From Firmicutes bacterium HGW-Firmicutes-4 (GTDB taxonomy: Bacteria > Bacillota > Clostridia > Eubacteriales > Eubacteriaceae), in contig PGZR01000022.1 in assembly GCA_002841405.1 (NCBI GenBank), positions 684-24,683 of the forward strand: a stretch of 24,000 bases of DNA, read 5' to 3'. Under the pieces are notes generated by a model, which saw nothing but the letters and a program-made list of their open reading frames with translations, searched no databases and was not told where the DNA came from. Both the position numbers and the translations under genes were made by a program. This document shows, piece after piece, positions 8,499 through 14,991 of the stretch; the first letter of the stretch is position 1, and each line of letters starts with the position of its first letter.

Positions 8499-9342
8499 AT
8501 TTAAATATCATGAAAACAGGTCCGATGCCACCATCGATATCGATTCGATGAGGTGCAGATTTAGATCCGGTTCCGGTTTCCGAAATCTTTTGACCATTAA
8601 TGGTAATCGGGCCGAGACCCTGGTCTGCAGTGATAAAATAATCATCAACATTGGCATTGATGTCCAGACTAGTCTGGCCGACACCACAGTCGATTTCCAG
8701 ATTCCCGGTAACGATCCCCTGAATATTGATCAGACCGACGCCGCCGTTAATTTCAAAATCATTGAGTAGAACATCGGTAAAATGAACCGCGCCGGCACCG
8801 CCGCTGAGTTTACCAGAATTTGCTTGGAGCTGATCGGCCACAATTTCGCCGGCACCCTGTTTGATGGTTAGTTCATCAGCGCTCAAGTGGGACATTTTAG
8901 CGCGACCGGCACCGATCTCAAGTTCCATTTTTTTCAAGATGGCATCTCTGGGAATAGTAACCACAAGGTCAGGCATGTGATCCTTGCCGATCAAATTAGG
9001 CATAATATTGATACTACCTTTATCTTCGATCACAAGTTTGCCATTATCAAGGGTGGCACTTAGACTTTTAGGGATATCAGACCCTTCAACCCGAAAGACA
9101 TTTCCCGTTTGCAGGGTAATATTGCCGGCATTAAAATTAACAAAAACTGAATCCAGTTCGCCGGTGAAATCCTGTTGAAAGTTGTCAGTACCTTGTTCCT
9201 TGATTTGGGTACTGTTTTCAATCAGACCAAAACCTTTCATAATAGCGACGCCGCCATTGACAATGCTGGAAATGATCCCCAATGCCAGCACCAGACCAAA
9301 GGCGATGGCCAGGTATTTAATCCAATTTTGATTGGTATTCAT
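8497..9342 (-). CDS. DUF4097 / LiaG-like beta-helical protein with an N-terminal membrane anchor
   Basis: 281-aa ORF with one N-terminal TM helix. It has repeated G-x-G / GGVG-type short beta-strand repeats (GAGEIV, GGAGAVHF, NGGVGLINI, DCGVGQTSL). Its start overlaps the upstream stop (ATGA at 9339-9342). Confidence 0.8.
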   Translation of the reverse strand: MNTNQNWIKYLAIAFGLVLALGIISSIVNGGVAIMKGFGLIENSTQIKEQGTDNFQQDFTGELDSVFVNFNAGNITLQTGNVFRVEGSDIPKSLSATLDNGKLVIEDKGSINIMPNLIGKDHMPDLVVTIPRDAILKKMELEIGAGRAKMSHLSADELTIKQGAGEIVADQLQANSGKLSGGAGAVHFTDVLLNDFEINGGVGLINIQGIVTGNLEIDCGVGQTSLDINANVDDYFITADQGLGPITINGQKISETGTGSKSAPHRIDIDGGIGPVFMIFK

Positions 9343-10016
9343 TTGACTTCTGTCCCCCCAAAGATATTCGTGCTGTTGATGTAAACAGTCGGTGGATTCT
9401 CGCCTAATGGTCGGTTGGTCTTATTTGAGGCCCCGCCGAAAATCGGCGTGGTGGACATTTCTACCCGAACATTGCTTGGCATCAGCATGTCAACACCGCC
9501 AAAGACTGCAGTGGCGGAGATATAAATGTCTTCATTAATGATGGCCTGGCGTAAATCAAGGGAAACGCTGCCAAAAATCGCAGTCAGGCTGGCACCGTGA
9601 AATTCTTCCCCCGGAAAGTTGATTTCCTGACCACCAAAGACCGCTGAATAATCCGGAAGTCCATCTTTAGTCATGCCCTGAATCAGTTTGGCATTCTTAC
9701 TAAGTCGATCTTTAAACATTATGCTCAAACCGATGGCAATAATAATGATAGGAAAGATTAAATCGCCCAGCAATGCGCCGTTAAAATAGCCTTGGGCGGA
9801 AATAAATAATAAGACCCCAATCCCCAAACCGATGGTATTCCAAAGCTGTAAGCCATTTTGCACCATACTGATGGCACAAGGAATAATGATAAACAAGGTC
9901 CACCAGCCGGCGAAAAATAATTCAAAATTCCACAGGCCAAAGACATTTCCGGCAAATCCAAGACCGATAGCGACCAATAAAAGACCCCATAACAGGTTAC
10001 CAACTCGATTTCTCAT
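9339..10016 (-). CDS. LiaF-like membrane protein (cell-wall-active antibiotic response family, DUF2154 C-terminal domain)
   Basis: 225-aa ORF with AAGGAGAG Shine-Dalgarno. It has four N-terminal TM helices. The C-terminal repeated FGG pattern (AVFGGQEINF, AIFGSVSLDL, AVFGGVDMLMP, PIFGGASNK, NIFGGTEVK) is typical of LiaF. Confidence 0.8.
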   Translation of the reverse strand: MRNRVGNLLWGLLLVAIGLGFAGNVFGLWNFELFFAGWWTLFIIIPCAISMVQNGLQLWNTIGLGIGVLLFISAQGYFNGALLGDLIFPIIIIAIGLSIMFKDRLSKNAKLIQGMTKDGLPDYSAVFGGQEINFPGEEFHGASLTAIFGSVSLDLRQAIINEDIYISATAVFGGVDMLMPSNVRVEMSTTPIFGGASNKTNRPLGENPPTVYINSTNIFGGTEVK

Positions 10017-10044
10017 TTTTCTCTCCTTATTTCACAATTTGCTT

Positions 10045-10053
10045 TATTATATC
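10045..10053 (-). promoter_or_regulatory. Extended -10 promoter candidate for the liaF-like/liaG-like pair
   Basis: The minus strand reads TGATATAAT (TGn + TATAAT) about 30 nt upstream of the ATG at 10016. The -35 (TTTTAA) is weak. Confidence 0.4.
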
Positions 10054-10275
10054 ATGCATCACGAAAAATTAAAATTCTTCTGTGCTAATTTCTAAATCAA
10101 AATAAACTGATTTGGAGGAGTTATTGTAATTGACTAAATGAAAACGGGTGGGTAAAATAGTAGATGGGAATTCAGTATCACTAAACGATATAAAAACGGG
10201 ACGTTTTATTACATCAAGATTTAAAGTAAAACGTGACACATAAAGGAAGGCCTTTGATAGGTGGAGGAAACGAAA

Positions 10276-10680
10276 ATGGGATTAGAAAGCGTTTTATATA
10301 AATGTGACAAAGGTGTGGATCTTAAACAATTGCGACTTAAGCCCTGGGCTGTGGCGTCTGAAGTGATGGGCCGGTTTAAAAAAACTAATCAGATTCATCG
10401 CTGGTTTTTAGAGAATATTCAAAATGGGGTTGATGACAGTCGATTTTATCTGGTCGATGAATACCAGTTTAAAAAACTCTACAAATTGTGCACCACGGTG
10501 GAGAGTAATCCTGAACGTGCCGAAGAATTATTGCCTACGCTAAAGGGTTTTGATATCGGAAGTGCTAAATATGATGCTGTTTATTTTGAAAATCTGAGTA
10601 AGGTGCTCATTATTCTGGGGTACATTAATAATACCTTTGACTTTGAAAAAAATGAACTGGTTTATAGCAGTTCACATTAG
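10276..10680 (+). CDS. Hypothetical small cytoplasmic protein
   Basis: ORF track starts at GTG 10261. I prefer the ATG at 10276 (MGLESV) because GGTGGAGGA sits 7 nt upstream. 134 aa, no motif I can name, followed by a hairpin. Confidence 0.6.
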   Translation: MGLESVLYKCDKGVDLKQLRLKPWAVASEVMGRFKKTNQIHRWFLENIQNGVDDSRFYLVDEYQFKKLYKLCTTVESNPERAEELLPTLKGFDIGSAKYDAVYFENLSKVLIILGYINNTFDFEKNELVYSSSH

Positions 10681-10713
10681 GGAAAAATAGATAGAGATAG
10701 TTGTTCGTTGCAG

Positions 10714-10746
10714 AACCAGCTGGAGTATATTTCAGCTGGTTTCTTA
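10714..10746 (+). terminator. Putative terminator hairpin
   Basis: 9-bp stem AACCAGCTG (10714-10722)/CAGCTGGTT (10733-10741). The T-run is weak (TCTTAGGTT). Confidence 0.45.
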
Positions 10747-10857
10747 GGTTGGAAAGGAAGATATCGTGACAAGAGTTAAATTTAAATTAAACTAAAATAA
10801 TTCTAGACGATGATGACAATCTTAAGGCAGCAGTATAATATAAAACAAAAAATAATA

Positions 10858-10886
10858 TTGAGTTTACTAAAAATTTCATATATAAT
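10858..10886 (+). promoter_or_regulatory. Sigma-A type promoter candidate for the MCP gene
   Basis: TTGAGT (10858-10863), 17-nt spacer, TATAAT (10881-10886). This implies a leader of roughly 150 nt. A second candidate, ATGACA-15 nt-TATAAT, lies at 10813-10839. Confidence 0.45.
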
Positions 10887-11040
10887 GTAAACTATTATTA
10901 AATTATTCTAATTGAATACCCTGGCTATGAAGAGTAACAGCACGAATCATTAAATGGTTTAGAGGAACAATTATTCAATGCAAAGTAGGTGAAGAAAAAA
11001 GAATTGTTTTCAAGTTATCGTAAATAAAAAGGAGGAAAAA

Positions 11041-13350
11041 ATGGAACATAAAAAAAGTTTGCTGTCAAGAATACTAGTGACAGTCGTTCTGCCGATGGCG
11101 TTGATATTTTGTGTGACGGCAGGGATTGCAATGACTGTTATTAATCAGAAATTTGATCACTTTGGGGATATTCAAAATATTCTGATACTGATTTTTGCCG
11201 TTGGTTTAGCGGCGTTGGTAGGCATCACTGTCATAGGTGTGAAGGGAACATCGAACCGTTTGACGCAGCTGGTCGAGGCAGCCAAGCGGCTCGCTGATGG
11301 TGAAGCTGAAGTAGTGATTCAAGCAGAAAATCCCCAGGATCAGCTGGGTGAAGTTGCTTACGCACTGTCCGGTATTGCACAGAATATCAGATTTCAGTCA
11401 GAAACGGCTGTGAAATTGGCTAAGGGAGACTTGTCAGCAACAATCATGCCATTATCGGATAAGGACGTGATGGGTAACAGTTTGCTGGAAATCCAGTCGT
11501 CCATTAAAATGGTCAATGATTACCTGATCCAACTGCCTGAACTCATGGAAAAAGAAGAAAATCTCGATAAAAATCTGGAAACAAATATGTCTGGCGACCA
11601 TAAAAAAGGAATACAGCAGGTCAATCAGGCGATCCAAATAGTAGCCGATAAGCGAGATTTCTTTCAGGCAATTCTTGATGCAATGCCATACCGGATTACC
11701 GTTGTCGATACCAATTTGAAATGGACATTTATTAATAAAACCCTTCAGGATCTAAGAATGGCTACCGGTCGTGAAGGAACTCGAGAGTCGATTTACGGTG
11801 ATGATTGTTGTAAATCAAATCTGGAGATCTGTAAGAATGAGGATTGCGGCGTCAAGGCTTACCGAAAAACGGGCCGAATTGAATTTCCTTTTGAATATCG
11901 TGGCGGGCATTATCGCATGGATACGACGCCGATTATCGATAAACAGGGCCAAACTATTGGTTATGTCGAAACTTCGTTTAATACCACTGCGACTATGAGT
12001 GTTAGTAAGTATTCAGAAATAGAGATAAATCGACTGGCTGAAAATTTAAGACGTTTATCTGCTGGAAATCTGGACTTTGACATGGATATTCAGGAACCAG
12101 ATGAGTATACTGGTGAAGTTTACGAACAGTTCAGAGCCATAGAAATAAATCTTCGCGAGGTCAAAAACTCCATTGATAACCTCATCGGTGATGCCATCAT
12201 CCTGACAACCGCGGCCATGCAGGGAGATCTGGATGTTCGGGCAGATGAAGCTAAGTTTAGCGGATCCTGGCAGGAACTAATCGGCGGCATGAATGGCATA
12301 CTTGGTGTCATGGCAAAACCAATGGAAGAGGTTGCCCATGTAATGGATGCCATCGCCAACGGAAACCTTGATGTAACAGTTGATGGTTATTACCAGGGCA
12401 GCTTTGATGTCTTGAAGCAGGCTGTCAATGAAATGGGAAGTAACTTTAAAACTATTGTGACAGAGATTTCGACGGTTACCAGAGAAATAAGCAATGGGAA
12501 CCTCAATTTGGAAAATGTCAGTTCCTTTGGTGGCGATTTCAACGCGATTTCTGACGCACTCAATACTATTATTGCGACATTAAACTCGTTGTTGGGTGAT
12601 ATTAATCATGCCGCTGAGCAGGTTAATGCCGGAGCGAATCAGGTATCTGACAGCAGCCAAGCCCTAGCCCAGGGTTCAACTGAACAGGCCAGCTCGATCC
12701 AGGAACTGACGGCTTCGATTACCGAAATCGCTGACCAGACCAAGAATAACGCCGTCAACGCCAACAAGGCCAGAGAACTGGCTACCGATGTTATGGGTAA
12801 CGCGGACAAAGGAAACCATCAGATGACCGAGATGCAGCAGTCGATGGTGGAAATCAACAAGTCATCGGAAGACATTTCCAAGATTATCAAGGTCATTGAT
12901 GACATTGCCTTCCAGACCAATATTCTGGCGCTTAATGCGGCTGTTGAAGCCGCCCGGGCGGGACAGCATGGTAAAGGTTTTGCCGTGGTGGCAGAAGAAG
13001 TCCGCACCCTGGCCGCTCGAAGTGCTGATGCAGCCAAAGAAACTACCGGCTTAATTGAAGGCTCCATCAACAAGGTGGCAGTCGGGACAAAAATTGCCGA
13101 TGAAACCGCCAGTGCCCTGGACGAAATTGTTGGCGGAATCGCCAAGGTTAATGATTTAATCGGCAACATCGCTACCGCATCAAACGAACAGGCGACCGGC
13201 ATCGCTCAGATTAATATGGGTGTTGAGCAAGTTGCCCAGGTCGTTCAGCAGAATTCGGCAACCGCCGAAGAAAGTGCAGCCGCCAGTGAAGAACTCTCCG
13301 GGCAGTCGATCTTACTAAAACAGATGATCGACCAGTTCCAGCTGAGATAA
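11041..13350 (+). CDS. Methyl-accepting chemotaxis protein: TM hairpin with almost no extracytoplasmic loop, HAMP, Cys-rich PAS, four HAMP-like repeats, MCP signalling domain
   Basis: 769-aa ORF with AGGAGG Shine-Dalgarno at 11030-11035. Two TM helices (aa ~8-34 and ~47-66) are separated by about 12 residues. PAS-like segment at aa ~200-320 with C256, C257, C264 and C269. Repeated GNLDFD / GDLDVR / GNLDVT / GNLNLE units. The canonical signalling-domain core reads IAFQTNILALNAAVEAARAGQHGKGFAVVAEEVRTLA. Confidence 0.93.
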   Translation: MEHKKSLLSRILVTVVLPMALIFCVTAGIAMTVINQKFDHFGDIQNILILIFAVGLAALVGITVIGVKGTSNRLTQLVEAAKRLADGEAEVVIQAENPQDQLGEVAYALSGIAQNIRFQSETAVKLAKGDLSATIMPLSDKDVMGNSLLEIQSSIKMVNDYLIQLPELMEKEENLDKNLETNMSGDHKKGIQQVNQAIQIVADKRDFFQAILDAMPYRITVVDTNLKWTFINKTLQDLRMATGREGTRESIYGDDCCKSNLEICKNEDCGVKAYRKTGRIEFPFEYRGGHYRMDTTPIIDKQGQTIGYVETSFNTTATMSVSKYSEIEINRLAENLRRLSAGNLDFDMDIQEPDEYTGEVYEQFRAIEINLREVKNSIDNLIGDAIILTTAAMQGDLDVRADEAKFSGSWQELIGGMNGILGVMAKPMEEVAHVMDAIANGNLDVTVDGYYQGSFDVLKQAVNEMGSNFKTIVTEISTVTREISNGNLNLENVSSFGGDFNAISDALNTIIATLNSLLGDINHAAEQVNAGANQVSDSSQALAQGSTEQASSIQELTASITEIADQTKNNAVNANKARELATDVMGNADKGNHQMTEMQQSMVEINKSSEDISKIIKVIDDIAFQTNILALNAAVEAARAGQHGKGFAVVAEEVRTLAARSADAAKETTGLIEGSINKVAVGTKIADETASALDEIVGGIAKVNDLIGNIATASNEQATGIAQINMGVEQVAQVVQQNSATAEESAAASEELSGQSILLKQMIDQFQLR

Positions 13351-13375
13351 GTCAAGCAGTCAAAATAAATGATTA

Positions 13376-13409
13376 AAAAGACCACCTTGTCATGAGGTGG
13401 CTTTTTTTA
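13376..13409 (+). terminator. Rho-independent terminator of the MCP gene
   Basis: Stem CCACCT (13383-13388)/AGGTGG (13396-13401) flanked by an A-run and followed by T7. Confidence 0.75.
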
Positions 13410-13423
13410 GAAGGAAGATCACC

Positions 13424-14743
13424 ATGAATCGATTAATTGCGAAACTGATACTTTATACAGAATCAAGCCAGGAGAGCCTGCTAAAGCAGATGGGACAGCT
13501 CTATGAACGTTTTTACAGTGGGCTAGAGTCCAAAGAAGAACTGATTGCCGAAAGCTATCGGCAGATAAAAGCGCTGTTGGAAATAGCCACTGATTTTGGC
13601 TTTGATCGAAATCTCTGGCATCATTACCTGACGTTTTTACTGATAACCAATGAAAATCCATTTAGTTTAACCTGTGAAAAGGTGGGAAAAAAAGAAGGCA
13701 GTGTTAACTATTTTGCCCAAAATGACTGCAAGGTTTTTAAAGAGCTCTTTGATTTTAATTTCACTGAACTGGAATCAGCACTGGGAATTGATTGCTTCAC
13801 CCGGGTTTCAAATTACCAAGCCATCAAAAAACCGGAATTTATGTACAACCAGAATGTCAGTGAAAAGGTGAAATCGCTGAGTCTTAAATTAGCGGAAGCT
13901 GCAAACGCACAAGTATTTTTCGACGAAATCACTCAGTTCTATGGAGAATACGGAGTGGGTATGTTTGGACTGAACAAAGCCTTTCGGATTATTCCCAAAT
14001 CCGATAACACTGGGGTTATCTTTAACCCCATCAATAACATGGATAAGGTTGTGCTGGCGGATCTGGTGGGATACGAAAATCAGAAACAAAAACTGGTCGA
14101 AAATACCAAAGCCTTTGTCGAAGGAAGAAAAGCCAACAATGTCTTGTTGTTTGGCGACAGCGGTACCGGTAAGTCTACCAGTATCAAAGCCATCGTCAAC
14201 GAATTCTATCATCAGGGATTGCGGATGATCGAAATTTATAAACATCAATTTCGGGATTTATCAAATGTCATTGCCCAGATTAAAAACCGCAACTATCGGT
14301 TTATTATCTATATGGACGATCTTTCTTTTGAGGAATTTGAAATTGAATACAAATTTCTGAAAGCGGTTATCGAAGGTGGCGTGGAAACGAAACCGGATAA
14401 CATTTTGATTTACGCCACCTCAAATCGTCGCCATCTGATTCGGGAAACCTGGAATGACCGAAATGATATGGAAGCAAATGGGGACATCCACCGGTCAGAT
14501 ACGATGCAGGAAAAGCTATCGCTGGTCAATCGTTTTGGGGTTAGTATTTTTTACGAACGACCCAGTCAGAAACAGTACTTTGGCATCGTCGCCGAACTGG
14601 CCAGACGGGAAGGCCTGAACATCTCGGAAGAAGTTCTTTCCGGTGAGGCCAATAAATGGGAATTGCAGCATGGCGGAATTTCTGGCCGAACCGCCCAGCA
14701 ATTCATCAATCATTTACTTTCAATCAGTTCTGAGGATAATTGA
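13424..14743 (+). CDS. DUF815-type P-loop (AAA-like) ATPase
   Basis: ORF track starts at GTG 13397, inside the terminator. I prefer the ATG at 13424 (MNRLIAK) with AAGGAAG upstream. Walker A is LLFGDSGTGKST and Walker B-like is FIIYMDDLSFEE. The YATSNRRHLI block matches my recollection of COG2607/DUF815. The N-terminal ~200 aa are unassigned. Confidence 0.8.
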   Translation: MNRLIAKLILYTESSQESLLKQMGQLYERFYSGLESKEELIAESYRQIKALLEIATDFGFDRNLWHHYLTFLLITNENPFSLTCEKVGKKEGSVNYFAQNDCKVFKELFDFNFTELESALGIDCFTRVSNYQAIKKPEFMYNQNVSEKVKSLSLKLAEAANAQVFFDEITQFYGEYGVGMFGLNKAFRIIPKSDNTGVIFNPINNMDKVVLADLVGYENQKQKLVENTKAFVEGRKANNVLLFGDSGTGKSTSIKAIVNEFYHQGLRMIEIYKHQFRDLSNVIAQIKNRNYRFIIYMDDLSFEEFEIEYKFLKAVIEGGVETKPDNILIYATSNRRHLIRETWNDRNDMEANGDIHRSDTMQEKLSLVNRFGVSIFYERPSQKQYFGIVAELARREGLNISEEVLSGEANKWELQHGGISGRTAQQFINHLLSISSEDN

Positions 14744-14788
14744 ACCAATAAATATCAAATAAAATATAATGAATTCAGAAAAATGATA

Positions 14789-14826
14789 ACACCTGGGACT
14801 AAAATTAGTCTCAGGTGTATTTTTAT
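14789..14826 (+). terminator. Rho-independent terminator
   Basis: 12-bp stem ACACCTGGGACT/AGTCTCAGGTGT with one G-U pair, followed by ATTTTTATT. Confidence 0.8.
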
Positions 14827-14925
14827 TGGCTAAAACTGCGTAAATTTTAGTAAGTTGGATATTAATAAAGTAAAGGGTATCAAGATTAAAAAGATTACAG
14901 ATGAAAATCCATGGCTGGCATATAC

Positions 14926-14939
14926 AAAGCTGCGCAGCT
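14926..14939. repeat. Perfect 14-bp palindrome AAGCTGCGCAGCTT in the upstream region of the beta-CASP gene; possible operator
   Basis: Read directly from the sequence. It lies 53-66 nt upstream of the ATG at 14992 and abuts a TTGAAA hexamer at 14939-14944. Confidence 0.35.
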
Positions 14940-14991
14940 TGAAAAATTTGGACTGATATTAACTGGAAATGAAAAGAACAGGAGAAAGAAA

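Noticed and set aside
10104-10145. GGAGGA followed by a 5-codon mini-ORF (ATG AAA ACG GGT GGG TAA)
   Set aside because: The Shine-Dalgarno to ATG spacing of about 18 nt is too long, and the ORF is too short to support.
13397-13423. ORF-track start (GTG 13397) extending the DUF815 ATPase by 9 codons
   Set aside because: The GTG lies inside the 3' arm and T-run of the MCP terminator hairpin. The ATG at 13424 has an AAGGAAG ribosome-binding site.
14854-14880. Sigma-B-like promoter motif GTTGGA-N15-GGGTAT upstream of the beta-CASP/stressosome operon
   Set aside because: This is a single weak match (-35 only about 4/6, spacer at the long end). It overlaps an equally weak sigma-A reading (TTGGAT-17-TATCAA). 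No sigma-B gene is visible in the window, so I cannot support it from sequence alone.
14911-14991. ORF-track start (ATG 14911) extending the beta-CASP protein by 27 residues
   Set aside because: The extension (MAGIYKAAQLEKFGLILTGNEKNRRKK) precedes the family-typical MKIKFLGAA N-terminus and contains the 14-bp palindrome. The ATG at 14992 has a GGAGAAAG Shine-Dalgarno.
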